DNA of 61,124 nt from Cyanobacteria bacterium J06626_4 (GTDB taxonomy: Bacteria; Cyanobacteriota; Cyanobacteriia; Phormidesmidales; Phormidesmidaceae), in the NCBI GenBank assembly GCA_038523235.1, contig JBCBJQ010000026.1, positions 1 through 61,124 on the forward strand, written 5' to 3'. Numbering within the stretch: the first letter of the stretch is position 1; each line of letters starts with the position of its first letter. Both the position numbers and the translations under genes were made by a program. This document shows, one piece after another, positions 20,706 to 31,368 of the stretch. The notes beneath the pieces were generated by a model, which was given only the letters and a program-made list of their open reading frames with translations, ran no database searches and had not been told where the DNA came from.

Positions 20706-23318
20706 CTAAAACCGATAGCTCACCCCCACGCGAAAATTCGTTCCTGGCTGACTAAAGCGCTGAATATCCGGCGCATCCTCAGGTTGATTGCGTACATCGG
20801 AATAGATGAAATATTCCGTGTTGAACAGGTTGTAAATGCCAAGGCTGAGGCCCAGATTGGGCGTCGGATTGTAGCTACCAATCAGGTCAAACAGGGCATA
20901 GGCATCGGGCACAAAGGTATCCGCCCCATCCTCGACGCGGGCTTGGCCGACAATGGTGCTGAGCAACTCCGCCCGCCAGAGATCGTTGGGGGCGCGATAG
21001 CGGAGTCCTAATACTGCCGTGAGCGGATCCACTGTGCTCAACGGCTCGTCATCGGTGGTGTTGTCACCTTCGGCAAAGGCTAAACTGCCCAACACGCTGA
21101 ACCCATCCAGACCGGGACTAAAGCGGTACTCGGCACTGACTTCTACCCCGTAGATGCGGGCTTCGGCCACATTCTGAGTCTGGAACCGATTGACCGTTTG
21201 GGTGCCGCCGCGATTAGGTGGCAAAAAAGGACAAGGGTCAGCATCGACTAGGCAGCGTTCGCCCGCCGCCACAAAGGTTTCAATAAAATTGTCGTAGGTG
21301 TTGTAGAAGCCCGTGACGCCGAAGTTGAACTGCGGAAAGTCGCCTCGCACGCCGATTTCAAAACTATTGCTGGTTTCGGGCTCTAAATCAGGATTCGACA
21401 GGGTTTCATACTTAAAGAAAGCCCCGGTCAAGTTGGTAAACCCGCTGTTGATTTCGCTGTAGAGGGGAGCGCGAAAGCCCCGCGCATACTGTCCATACAG
21501 AGAAATTTCGGGAGTGGCCTGATAGAGTACCGCTACGCGAGGCGACAGGGCTGAGGCTTCTAAATCTGCCGATTCGGCCCCATTGCGAGCAAAGTCTTGG
21601 TCAGGGCTGGTGGTGAGGTCGTAATAGTCAAACCGCAGCCCCGCAATGATATCGAAGGGGCCAATGTTGATTTCGTCTTGCAGGTAGGCGCCGATGCGCA
21701 GGGTATCCCCATCGGGGAAATCCTTCACGGGGAAGACATCAGGGGGAATGACATTGGTCGAGACGCCCGTGATGAGATTGGTCTCGATGCGATCGCGGGG
21801 GCGTGAGTTAAACGTATTCGAAATGTCTAACCCGTAGGTTAAACGGTGCGACAGACTGCCAGTAGTAAAGTCACTACGAAACTGCACGTCGCCGCCGTAA
21901 CTATCGGCAATGAACTCGTTCTCCGTTTCGCGAGAGACAGGCTGGCCACGAAAGGCAGTTCCCGATGCGCGGGTTTCGCTCAGGATTTCCCGCGTGGTCG
22001 CATCTTGGTAAAAGATCTGCGCCCGCGCATAGTTCAAAAACGACTCACTCTCAACGTCGTCGTATTCATAGCTGAAGCTAAAGCGCGTGCGATCGATCAG
22101 AATATCTTCGTCTTCGGTCAGATTGAGGGTTAAGTTGCCATCGGCCTCATTACGGCGGGTAAAGCGACTAAAGTCTTCAGCCAGTAGGCTGACTTGGCTG
22201 ACGGGACTCAAGCGCTGCACATAATTGCCGTAAAACGTTGTGCCCTCAGCGTCGAGCGAATCGACAAACTCCGAGTCGGCGAAGGAGTCTTGCTCGCGGC
22301 CATCACGACGGCTAATCACAAAGACCACTTCCGAATCTTCGCGGCGAAACGCCAGTCGACCGATATTGTCGAAGCCGCCCGTTTCACTCAAAAAGAGAGT
22401 CGAGAGATCGGCCGCAAAGTCATCGTCATCGCCCAGCAGGTCGGCAGGTTCCAGCGATCGATAGGACACCACCCCACCTAAGGCGTCACTGCCGTAGAGC
22501 GTCGAAGCAGGGCCGCGCAAAACCTCGATCGCCTGCAGGGTGGCAAAATCGACAAAATCGCCCCGACCCAGATTAAAGGGGCCAAACTCAAAGCGCTCTG
22601 GCAGGCGAATGCCATCGACTTGAAACAGAATGCGGTTGCCTTCGAGGCCGCGAATGTTGACGTCTTGAATGCCAAACTGGGCATTGTCGCGTACTGAAAC
22701 ACCGGGCTCGTAGCGCAGCAGATCCCGCAGATTTTGAAACTGGTAGAACTCAAAATCTTCGAGTTCAAAGACGGTGACGGTGGCGGGCAAATCGTTAATG
22801 CGAATGGGCGTGCGCGTGCCGGTGACCGTCAGACGAATCGTATCTTCGCCCGTGAATTCTAAATTGGCCGGCGGGGCCGAAAAGTCTGCTTCGTCGTCCT
22901 CATCTTCTTCATTATCGTTGTTGGCCTGCGCTAGAGCGGGCGCATCGGCAATTACCGACGGGGGCACATTGGGCTGGGTGGTCAGGGTGATCGCCGTGGT
23001 TGCCGCACCCGACGCCGTTATCTCGGGCTGCTCTCCCACCAAAATTACGGGCTCGGTAGCGGCAGAATCTATCTGAGACTGATTTCCATTTTCAGGAGCT
23101 GAAAATAAGGGCGATGGCTGACTCGATACAGCAGGTGATTTGGGGCGACTGCGCTTGCCAGATTCTTCTAAATTTCTTTCCTCTATTGACTTCGCCGGGT
23201 TGCTGGCAATGCCATTTGGCCAGATTTCAGCCTGGGCGAAATGCGTCAATTCCCAACTGGCATATCCTGAAAATACTGCACTGACAAGAAAAATTCTCAA
23301 TAAAATGGACTGGTTCAT
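20706..23318 (-). CDS. TonB-dependent receptor, haem/haemoglobin-receptor-like family
   Basis: VTGTRT, plug motif IEVLRGPASTLYGSDALGGVV, FRAP and NPDL motifs, C-terminal aromatic VSYRF. Confidence 0.9.
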   Translation of the reverse strand: MNQSILLRIFLVSAVFSGYASWELTHFAQAEIWPNGIASNPAKSIEERNLEESGKRSRPKSPAVSSQPSPLFSAPENGNQSQIDSAATEPVILVGEQPEITASGAATTAITLTTQPNVPPSVIADAPALAQANNDNEEDEDDEADFSAPPANLEFTGEDTIRLTVTGTRTPIRINDLPATVTVFELEDFEFYQFQNLRDLLRYEPGVSVRDNAQFGIQDVNIRGLEGNRILFQVDGIRLPERFEFGPFNLGRGDFVDFATLQAIEVLRGPASTLYGSDALGGVVSYRSLEPADLLGDDDDFAADLSTLFLSETGGFDNIGRLAFRREDSEVVFVISRRDGREQDSFADSEFVDSLDAEGTTFYGNYVQRLSPVSQVSLLAEDFSRFTRRNEADGNLTLNLTEDEDILIDRTRFSFSYEYDDVESESFLNYARAQIFYQDATTREILSETRASGTAFRGQPVSRETENEFIADSYGGDVQFRSDFTTGSLSHRLTYGLDISNTFNSRPRDRIETNLITGVSTNVIPPDVFPVKDFPDGDTLRIGAYLQDEINIGPFDIIAGLRFDYYDLTTSPDQDFARNGAESADLEASALSPRVAVLYQATPEISLYGQYARGFRAPLYSEINSGFTNLTGAFFKYETLSNPDLEPETSNSFEIGVRGDFPQFNFGVTGFYNTYDNFIETFVAAGERCLVDADPCPFLPPNRGGTQTVNRFQTQNVAEARIYGVEVSAEYRFSPGLDGFSVLGSLAFAEGDNTTDDEPLSTVDPLTAVLGLRYRAPNDLWRAELLSTIVGQARVEDGADTFVPDAYALFDLIGSYNPTPNLGLSLGIYNLFNTEYFIYSDVRNQPEDAPDIQRFSQPGTNFRVGVSYRF

Positions 23319-23368
23319 GGGGGCTTATCGTCAACCTAAACAGGACAGGGTGTGTGAGGAAAGAATTT

Positions 23369-24190
23369 TTAGGAGTGCGATGACAAGGGTGCGGCCAAAT
23401 CCGTTGGGGCGGGACTCGACGCTGCCAGCGGACAAATTTGTAAGCCCACGGGCGTTTCCATCAGCGTGATCTCAATGTCAAACACCTCGTGCAGCATCGG
23501 CGGGGTCAGCATTTCGCGCGGAGTGCCGACAGCCCACAGCTGCCCCTGTCGCATCAGCGCCAGGCGATCGCTGTACCGCGCTGCCAAGTTGATATCGTGT
23601 AGCACCGTCACAATTGACAGCCCTTGCTGCTGGTTCAGTCGCTTCAGCAGTTCTAAAAGCTGCAGCTGATAGTGCAGGTCTAAAAAGGTCGTGGGTTCGT
23701 CGAGCAGCAGTACTTTAGGGTCTTGGGCCAGGGCCAGGGCTAGCAAAGCTCGCTGCCGTTCACCACCCGATAGCTCTGTCACGGGGCGATCGCGATAATG
23801 CTCAATCTCGGTCCACTGCAAGGCTTTTTCGACCTGTTCGTGGCCAGCGGCGTCTAACTCCCACTGCCACCAGGGCTGATGGGGGGAGCGTCCCAAACTG
23901 ACCAGCTGATACACCGTCAAACCGGCGGGCAGTGTTTGCTGTTGGGGCAGCAGGGCGAGACGTTGGGCCACCGTTGTCGGGGCGAGGTGGTGAATGTCAC
24001 GCCCATCCAACAGGGCGAATCCGGTTTGCGGTTTGAGCACCCGACTTAACAGTCGCAGCAGGGTCGATTTGCCGGAGCCGTTTGCACCCAATAGGCTGAG
24101 CCATTCCCCCGCTTCGATGGCGAGATTGACATCGGTGACGATGGGGAGATCGCCATAGCCCCCCGAGAGCTGATGTGCAGCGATTGGCAT
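23369..24190 (-). CDS. Iron-chelate ABC transporter ATP-binding protein
   Basis: GANGSGKST, LSGGERQR, LLLDEPT and VLHD motifs. Confidence 0.95.
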   Translation of the reverse strand: MPIAAHQLSGGYGDLPIVTDVNLAIEAGEWLSLLGANGSGKSTLLRLLSRVLKPQTGFALLDGRDIHHLAPTTVAQRLALLPQQQTLPAGLTVYQLVSLGRSPHQPWWQWELDAAGHEQVEKALQWTEIEHYRDRPVTELSGGERQRALLALALAQDPKVLLLDEPTTFLDLHYQLQLLELLKRLNQQQGLSIVTVLHDINLAARYSDRLALMRQGQLWAVGTPREMLTPPMLHEVFDIEITLMETPVGLQICPLAASSPAPTDLAAPLSSHS

Positions 24191-24192
24191 GA

Positions 24193-25233
24193 CTACACCC
24201 CTCCCCGCGCCCGACGTCGATTGAGCAGCCAGATAAATACTGGGGCTCCCAGCATGGCTGTCACCACGCCGACGGGTAACTCCACCGGCCCGATGCGAGC
24301 AATTAGGTCCGCCCCCGATAGCACCAAGGCTCCACCCAACGCGGAGAACGGCAGCACTAGCCGATAGTCGGTGCCCACCAGCAACCGCACCCCGTGGGGC
24401 ACAATTAAGCCGACAAAGCCGATTAGGCCCGCAATGCTGACGGCTCCGGCGGCTAAAAAGGTGGCGACCACGCCAATCAGGCAGCGAGATCGCAGCAGCG
24501 AGGTGCCCAACCCGGTGGCTAGGTCATCGCCCAGACTTAAGAGATTCACCTGGCGCGCCAGCAGACAGCCTGCGATCGCCGCCACTAAAATGCCTGGCCC
24601 CACCAGCGTCACTTCCGTCCAGCCGCGACCGTTGAGGCTACCAATTAGCCAGTTCAATGCCGCCTGAATTTGACCGTCTGCCGACAGCAGCAGCAGCAAC
24701 GATTGAATCGCGCCAAAAAAAGAACTGAACGCTACGCCACCTAAAATCAGCCGCTCGACCGACAATGTTGTGCCGGTGCGGGCGAGCAGATATACCAACA
24801 ATGTGGTGACTACTGCTCCCAGCCATGCCCCGAGCGGCGTCCAAATTTGCACCAGCCCCACGCCGACGACGAGCACCACCATCAGGCCCGCCCCGGCGGA
24901 AATGCCGAGCAAAAAGGGACTGGCCAGGCCGTTACGCAACATGCCCTGCAGCAGGGCTCCCGACAGTCCGAGGGCCGCCCCTACAATCAGGGCTGCGAGC
25001 ACCCGAGGCAGTCGCAAGTCCCACACAATCGTTTGATTCACCGCGCTCCCTTGTCGCAGGGTGGCGGCCAGGAGCTCAGACCCGGTTAGCACCACCGAGC
25101 CGTTGGTTAGGGAGAGTACCACGATGAGGCTGAGGCTACACAAGAGTAAGCCTGCCGCGAGCACAACTCGCTGGCGATGGGGCGGAATTTTGATCGGGGT
25201 TCGAGGTGATCGCACCAGGGTGGTCGGGGGCAT
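24193..25233 (-). CDS. FecCD-family ABC transporter permease
   Basis: DLRLPR, RNGLASP, GFVGLIVPH and ELPVGVVTA motifs. Confidence 0.95.
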   Translation of the reverse strand: MPPTTLVRSPRTPIKIPPHRQRVVLAAGLLLCSLSLIVVLSLTNGSVVLTGSELLAATLRQGSAVNQTIVWDLRLPRVLAALIVGAALGLSGALLQGMLRNGLASPFLLGISAGAGLMVVLVVGVGLVQIWTPLGAWLGAVVTTLLVYLLARTGTTLSVERLILGGVAFSSFFGAIQSLLLLLSADGQIQAALNWLIGSLNGRGWTEVTLVGPGILVAAIAGCLLARQVNLLSLGDDLATGLGTSLLRSRCLIGVVATFLAAGAVSIAGLIGFVGLIVPHGVRLLVGTDYRLVLPFSALGGALVLSGADLIARIGPVELPVGVVTAMLGAPVFIWLLNRRRARGGV

Positions 25234-25494
25234 GGTCGGGGGGAGTCAACTTCGGGGAACGGTGCAAGCAGGCGGCTCTAAATCTAAAGCACTAGGTGAA
25301 AGGGGGATACGCAGGTGTTCTCCGGTGGGTGATCGCCGCTCGGTCATCGAAATTGCCCTGCAGCACCCTGAAGATGCTCCGCTGGCAAGACTTGTACAAG
25401 AGACCGGCCAATGACGTTTCCCAAGGGAGCAGTGGCACAGCACGGATGTCTTGCCCTTTAAGCCAGGAGGAGCAATACGTCTGCTTAAGAATTG

Positions 25495-25523
25495 ACCGTA
25501 AAGTTATTGCAATTGAATGTCAA
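25495..25523 (-). promoter_or_regulatory. Sigma70-type promoter for the iron-uptake cluster, overlapping an AT-rich Fur-like site
   Basis: Minus strand TTGACA-17 nt-TACGGT; spacer TTCAATTGCAATAACTT. Confidence 0.6.
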
Positions 25524-25617
25524 GTAAGAATAGCGAAATCGTTAGGAGTTAATCTCGATTGAGAGGGGAAATAATTCTTTCTGGTTGATCGTTTAGTTGA
25601 TTTTTTAGAGGGCTAGT

Positions 25618-25638
25618 CTTATTCTCAAATGAGAATTA
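25618..25638. promoter_or_regulatory. Putative Fur-like operator
   Basis: Inverted repeat ATTCTCA-aa-TGAGAAT between the iron-uptake genes and the divergent DUF3386 gene. Confidence 0.5.
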
Positions 25639-26141
25639 GGCGCATTATTAACGATATACATGTTCATTTGGGCTTTGGCGATATCCTTGCCGCGCATGGG
25701 TACTGGGCCCGCGATCTCGGGCAGCGCTTGCTCTATGGCTGCAGCTCCTGATGCCCTGGCCGCCCGTTTCTGCTCCCTGTCGATTCTGGCTGCGCCCAGG
25801 CCCGCACCAGCCGTATCAGCTCCTAAACGGGTGCTGCAGCTTTCCTCGAAGGTCGCTCAAGGTACGGGCTAAACCCAGCTGACACCGAGTTCGCGAGCGG
25901 TCAATGTGCCGCGCTGTCCTCAATCCAGACCTGAAAACTGCAAAGCCAAAGTCCGTCCCATGTTTCCTTGCCCCTTTACTCCTGGCCGCCTCGACTATGA
26001 ATGCTTGTTAATGGGCACGACGCCCTCTTCTTGTCGGTTTTGGCAGTGCCGACAGTGGTCATCAAACCGCCTGCATTTCTAGGGTTTTCAGAGATTTCTA
26101 GCTTTTTTACCCTCACTGATGGCTCTTTTTGGAGAAAGCCT

Positions 26142-26783
26142 ATGACTCAAACGCTTACCGCCCAAGACCTCTTTCAAGCCGCTTACGAGAACCGCTATAC
26201 CTGGGATGCTGATTTTCCGGGCTACAGCGCTAATGTCACGCTGCGAGACGGCGGCAGAACTTATAAGGGTCAGGTTCAGGTCAACGCTGATTTGACCTTC
26301 GGGGTGTTGAATATTGCCGAAGAAATTGCTCAGCGCCAGATCAAAAGTCAGCTTTGGGAAATGACCATCCATCGAGTCCGCCACAGCTTTGCCGAAACCC
26401 ACGGCAACAACACGTTTGCCTTGGGCGAGACTGACGAAACCGGAGCGGTCGAAATTCTCGTGAGTGGCGCGGCAATGGGGAATCGCTACAAAGTTCGTGA
26501 CAACACGGTGTGTTTTGTCCATCGGCAAATTCGCGATGTTGTCGTCAGCATTCACACGTTTGAGACGCTGACGACCGACTGGGGCTACCTATCGACCGGC
26601 TATCGCTCGGTATATCTTGACCCCGACACCGGCACCACGAAGGGCCCAGAGACGGTATTTGAAGACACGTTTGAGGAGGTTGGTGGCTACTATCTCCTGA
26701 CTCGTCGTCTCATTCGAACGACGGTCAATGACAGTCCCCAAGTTACTGAAATTGAGTTTTCGAACGTAAGGTTGCTGTCTTAA
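26142..26783 (+). CDS. DUF3386 family protein
   Basis: LFQAAYENRYTWDADFPGY and IHRVR motifs; GGAG RBS before ATG 26142. Confidence 0.85.
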   Translation: MTQTLTAQDLFQAAYENRYTWDADFPGYSANVTLRDGGRTYKGQVQVNADLTFGVLNIAEEIAQRQIKSQLWEMTIHRVRHSFAETHGNNTFALGETDETGAVEILVSGAAMGNRYKVRDNTVCFVHRQIRDVVVSIHTFETLTTDWGYLSTGYRSVYLDPDTGTTKGPETVFEDTFEEVGGYYLLTRRLIRTTVNDSPQVTEIEFSNVRLLS

Positions 26784-27131
26784 TCTCAATCTTGAGTGAT
26801 CGGACTGTCAAGGCAATTTTGGCAACGCAAGGGAGCTCAGGGGCAGGGGGGCTAGATATCACCTGGTTTTAGAGAATCGGGATGAACGGCCCTGTTAAAG
26901 CATGACTGATGCGGACAAATCAGCCGGTTGTCAACCATAAAAACCTTGCGCAATGGGGTGTCAGCGGCTCTCTTGCGGCTCGATAGGATTGGTGAGCGTC
27001 CTTACAGAACCACCAGACTGAGCCCTTCAAGCGGTCTTGATCGTGGCCAAAACCGCCGCTGATATGCCTCCTCCACTCCCCAGTAACAAAGGACAGCGAA
27101 TATTTCGGGCAAATTCCACATCTAGCGTGAT

Positions 27132-29687
27132 ATGAAGTTATGCTTGCATTTGTGGAAAATCTGCATATCCTTGTGTGGAAGGGGAAACCATGGGGAAATT
27201 GTCATGAAACTCCGGAACCAGCGAAATCCTAAATATAGTTGTTTTGGGTCGTGGCTCGTGCCCTCCGCGATCGCGATCGCCGGTATCGCTACTACTGCTG
27301 CGATCGTGGTGCCTGCCCGAGCCGCTATCCTCAATGCTTGGAACTTTGACGTCGCGAGTCAGCAGTTCTCCGTCACCCTGCCGGCTGACGTGACCCCAGA
27401 CTATTTTTTGTTGGCTGAGCCCGCACGCATCGTGCTTGACCTGCCGGGGACAGCGCTGGGCTCGGTGTCAGCTACGGAGCAGTATGACGACGCGGTGCGC
27501 ACGATTCGGCTGCTAGAGATTCAAGACGGTACGAGAGTCGTGCTGGAGCTAGCGCCCAATACTCGCCTCGACCCCCGCCACGCCGAACTCACCGCCACCG
27601 ATGTGGGTAATGGCCAAACCCAGTGGACGCTGCGCCCCTTGCTGCAAGATAGCGCTCCCTCTAACGTGGCTACTGCCCCAGCAGCCCCCCCTGAACCCAC
27701 ACCAACTAGCATTGAGGCTGAACCTGATCTGCCACAGGTTGCCGTCCCATCAGAGGCATCCCCCTCTCGTGATGCAGTCAGCATTGATAGTGTCCCGGCT
27801 GATGATGATCTCGATCAGGCGACTGACGAGTCCGAGGCGATCACAGCCGAGGCGGCTGAAGACGGTGAGTTGCTGGCGCCCCTGCCTGATGGGCTGACTG
27901 ATGAGGCGTTACCAGAGGCGATCGCGGTGCCCCCTGGCCCCGATTTCATTGAGCCTGCTGTGGAGCTGCCGGTGGAGCCGTCCTTGCCCGATATTGCCAA
28001 CGCCGCTACCGTTGGCGCGGCTCAGGCTCTGCCCTTGCCGACCGGCCCAGATTGGGCCACCGGTGTCAGCACTGACGCCTCAGATTTAGCTGGTGTCGAA
28101 AGAGGCAACCTGGTCGATCTGCCCCCCAACCAAATCCCTATCGATCCGTTTGCGGGCAATGCGCCCGCGGTGTCGGTGCCCTCCCTGGCTGAGGCCGATA
28201 GCACCCCGGCTCCCGTGGTTAGTGTGCCGCCAGTGGCGACCCTGCCGGATGAAGTGTCGCCGCCGCCTCAGGCGGCCCCTCCTAGCGCGGTGCCTGCTGC
28301 CCCCGACTCGGTGCCGTCACCGGAGTCAGAGGCGATCGCCGTTGCCCCGCCGGCCCCGTCGTCGGCTGCCCCAACGCCGCCCGCCCCGACGGTGGCTCCC
28401 AATGCTGGACCGGTAGCTCCTAACCAGGTGCGACCACCCGATGCAGACGCGATCGCGGTCGCGCCACCGACGCCTCCCCCGGCACCGGAGTTGGTACCGT
28501 CTGCTCCAACTAACGATGTGGTCGCGGCTAACTCCCTAGAAATTCCCACGATGCCCCTCCCGCCAGAAAGCTGGCGTAATGCCACGGCTAATTTACCGGC
28601 TAACCAGGTCAGGCCGCCCACGGTGGCGATCGCACCGCCGGTGAATGACGCTAGCCAAGTCCGACCACCGACGGCCACGAGCACTCCCGCGACGGCCACC
28701 GTTGCTCTACCAGCAAATGGGGCTAATCAGATCAGACCGCCCAGCGTGGCGGTTGCGCCGCCGGCGAATAGCGCTAATCAGGTACGGCCGCCCACTGCCG
28801 CCGCTGTTCCGCCAGTGAATAGCGCTAACCAGGTGCGGCCCCCAACGGCGGCAATTGCCCAGTCTCCGACTGTGCCTGAACCGGTGTCGCCGCTGACTAC
28901 GGCTAATCAGGTGCCGCCGCCCACTGCGACGATCGCGCGGGCGGAGTCGGAGCCGAGCGCACCGTCCAACCTAGCGGCTGTCCCCGAAGTTGGGTCGCTG
29001 CCGCCGGCGCTGCCGACGGTGACGCCGCCTGCTCCACCTACGACGTTAGCCGACCCGCTGCCGCCCTTTTTGGCCAGTGATGGTGTGACGCCGCCTGATG
29101 ATGAGCCCCTCAGCATTCCGCCGCCACCAACCACGGTCCCGATTCCTGCGACCGTTCCATTTGGCATGCCTCTGCCCCAAACTCACTCTGATGGCGGGGC
29201 TGAGCCAGTAGCTGAGATGCCGGTCGGCACTCGCCTGCCACTGCAATATGTCGGAGCCACTCCCTTAGAACTGGAAACGTCAGCGCCTATTCAAGAGGTA
29301 CTGGTCGTCGCTGACGATGTTTATCATCCAGACACCGGTCGAGTCATCGTGCCTTCAGGCACTCAGGTGGTCGGTCGGTTTGAAGATTTCGATGACAGCG
29401 GTCGTCGATTTGTAGCCGAGACGGTGATTGACGGCAATCGTCAAGTGCCTCTCCTGGTGGCATCCGACTCAATCGTTGGCTCACTGCCGCTGGACAGCGG
29501 TGACGTCGCTTGGGGTTCTCGTATTGGGTCGGCAGCGGCGACCATTGTGACGGGCTTTTCTGGCATTGGTCTCATTGGCGGAGCCGCGATCGGGGCGGTT
29601 GACATGAATACGGCCCCGACGTTAGTGAGCCTTGCTCCGGGCGAAGTGATTGAAGTCGAAGTCGTGCCAAAAATTCTGCCCTTTTAA
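27132..29687 (+). CDS. AMIN-domain, Pro/Ala-rich envelope protein
   Basis: Signal peptide, LxxWNFD and PARIVLDLP AMIN motifs, long low-complexity linker; likely start ATG 27204. Confidence 0.8.
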   Translation: MKLCLHLWKICISLCGRGNHGEIVMKLRNQRNPKYSCFGSWLVPSAIAIAGIATTAAIVVPARAAILNAWNFDVASQQFSVTLPADVTPDYFLLAEPARIVLDLPGTALGSVSATEQYDDAVRTIRLLEIQDGTRVVLELAPNTRLDPRHAELTATDVGNGQTQWTLRPLLQDSAPSNVATAPAAPPEPTPTSIEAEPDLPQVAVPSEASPSRDAVSIDSVPADDDLDQATDESEAITAEAAEDGELLAPLPDGLTDEALPEAIAVPPGPDFIEPAVELPVEPSLPDIANAATVGAAQALPLPTGPDWATGVSTDASDLAGVERGNLVDLPPNQIPIDPFAGNAPAVSVPSLAEADSTPAPVVSVPPVATLPDEVSPPPQAAPPSAVPAAPDSVPSPESEAIAVAPPAPSSAAPTPPAPTVAPNAGPVAPNQVRPPDADAIAVAPPTPPPAPELVPSAPTNDVVAANSLEIPTMPLPPESWRNATANLPANQVRPPTVAIAPPVNDASQVRPPTATSTPATATVALPANGANQIRPPSVAVAPPANSANQVRPPTAAAVPPVNSANQVRPPTAAIAQSPTVPEPVSPLTTANQVPPPTATIARAESEPSAPSNLAAVPEVGSLPPALPTVTPPAPPTTLADPLPPFLASDGVTPPDDEPLSIPPPPTTVPIPATVPFGMPLPQTHSDGGAEPVAEMPVGTRLPLQYVGATPLELETSAPIQEVLVVADDVYHPDTGRVIVPSGTQVVGRFEDFDDSGRRFVAETVIDGNRQVPLLVASDSIVGSLPLDSGDVAWGSRIGSAAATIVTGFSGIGLIGGAAIGAVDMNTAPTLVSLAPGEVIEVEVVPKILPF
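28420..28925 (+). repeat. Intragenic NQ(V/I)RPP repeats, about 7 copies
   Basis: PNQVRPP, ANQVRPPT, ASQVRPPT, ANQIRPPS, ANQVRPPT x2, ANQVPPPT; partly 51-bp periodic. Confidence 0.8.
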
Positions 29688-29832
29688 CAATGCACCCCAA
29701 GTGAATTCGGGCGATCGATAAGGTAGTTCCAGTCATCGGGCATCGTTGACGCCTGCATAGAGGAGTTTTCCTGTGTGCCCTGCTGCTATGCCGCAGTTTG
29801 CTGAGGCCACCACAGATTGGTACTGCACTCGA

Positions 29833-30156
29833 CTAGTTCCATATAGCCTGCCAGAGCCAGAAGGCAGCCATGCCGATGACGATGGTGAACAGCAGATTTT
29901 TGTGCCAAAACCCGATCACCAAAGCGGCGATCGCCCCAATCAATCGAGGATTTTGCCAGCCGAGCCAGAGGTGATCGTCTTGCACCACAATGGCCGGCAC
30001 CACGATCGCGGTTAACACCGCTGGGGGCACATAATTCAGCGCCTGCAGCCAGCGCGGCGGCAATCGTAGGCGACCGCTCATCGCCAAGACCGGATAGCGA
30101 ATCGCGAAGGTTACCAGCGTCATGCCTAGGATGAGCCCTACGTCTCTGAGAGTCAT
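29833..30156 (-). CDS. azlD: AzlD-family membrane protein
   Basis: [10 protein letters not shown] and [13 protein letters not shown] motifs; overlaps the azlC stop. Confidence 0.85.
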   Translation of the reverse strand: MTLRDVGLILGMTLVTFAIRYPVLAMSGRLRLPPRWLQALNYVPPAVLTAIVVPAIVVQDDHLWLGWQNPRLIGAIAALVIGFWHKNLLFTIVIGMAAFWLWQAIWN

Positions 30157-30932
30157 GATTCCACCTGTTTGGAGGCCAAATGATCTTCTAAAATTACGCC
30201 GACAATAATGCCTGCTACAGCCCCAGCCATGAGACCCAGCTGATGGGGCAGCGATCGTGCCACAACGGCTGTTGTGCCTGCTACTACGACTGTTGCCACC
30301 ATCGGCCGAGTTGTAAGATAGGGCATCGTCATACCCATAAAAGTGACCACCATCGCAAAGTCGAGCCCCCAGTTAACCGCATTGGGCAAACTCTGCCCGA
30401 GGGTTAGTCCGAGCCAGGTACACAGTTGCCAGCTGCTATACATCGATAGCGCTGAGCCAAGGTGAAACCAGTGCTTGTAGGGTGACAGATCGGCTTGCCG
30501 ATAGCGTTGAATCGCTACCATAAACGTTTCATCGGTGAGCCAAAAGCCCAGGGCAATTTTCCACCCTGGGCTCAGCGTTTTGACATAGGGCACTAACCCG
30601 ACGGCATAGAGCAAATGCCGCAAATTAACCACAAACGTGGTTAGCACTACGATGCCGATGGGGGAACCGGCTCCCAGCAGCCCCAGGGCAATAAACTGCG
30701 ATGACCCAGCAAACACGCAGGCTGACATCGCGATCGCGGTCGCAAAGGAGAGGCCATTAGTCTGCGCTAAGGTGCCAAAAATAATCCCAAAGGGAATCGC
30801 TCCCACAATGAGCGGCACGGTTTGCCGGATACCTGCCCAAAATTCGCCCAAAGGCGAGAGCTGGGGTGAAAAATCTGACGCGATCGCCATGTTGTCTTTA
30901 TCCAATTGATAGAGCCTGAGCCTGATGCTCAA
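30153..30932 (-). CDS. azlC: AzlC-family branched-chain amino acid transport permease
   Basis: [22 protein letters not shown] and GLDFAM motifs; likely start 30890. Confidence 0.9.
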   Translation of the reverse strand: MSIRLRLYQLDKDNMAIASDFSPQLSPLGEFWAGIRQTVPLIVGAIPFGIIFGTLAQTNGLSFATAIAMSACVFAGSSQFIALGLLGAGSPIGIVVLTTFVVNLRHLLYAVGLVPYVKTLSPGWKIALGFWLTDETFMVAIQRYRQADLSPYKHWFHLGSALSMYSSWQLCTWLGLTLGQSLPNAVNWGLDFAMVVTFMGMTMPYLTTRPMVATVVVAGTTAVVARSLPHQLGLMAGAVAGIIVGVILEDHLASKQVES

Positions 30933-31368
30933 CTTGCACCCTCGCTAAGCCGAGCAGAGCGTGACTCGGATGAGTCTGTCTCGGTATGGCGAAATCAAGA
31001 CTAATTGAGTGTCGAGTGCTGGAGCCTATTCTGAAGGCATTAAACCAGCTCAAAACGAGTGACACCGTTAAATTGTCGTCAATTTGTCCGGAGCCGAACA
31101 GAGTCAGTTGCCGCAACTTGTCTCGGCAACAGTTTGGCCTGGTAGAACTGTTCTAGTCCACTGTGTGACAGCGGTGCCGCCCCATCGGGTGGGATGGTCA
31201 GCGACAGTTTGATAAGGAATGTAATTCACCGCCACCAGACCAATTTGTCAGGCGCGATCGCAATTAGCGCATTGGCGACGGCTCAAGCTAGGAGGGAAAT
31301 AATCAATGTCCGCGTCGCCCAGGACTGCTTCTGAAGGCGACGCTGAAGGTACAGCAAAAAAGTGACGA

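Noticed and set aside
25380..25445. Cobalamin riboswitch before the ABC/TonB cluster (GCCACTG...GGGAA on the minus strand)
   Set aside because: The other conserved B12-element blocks are missing, and Fur-like sites point to iron control
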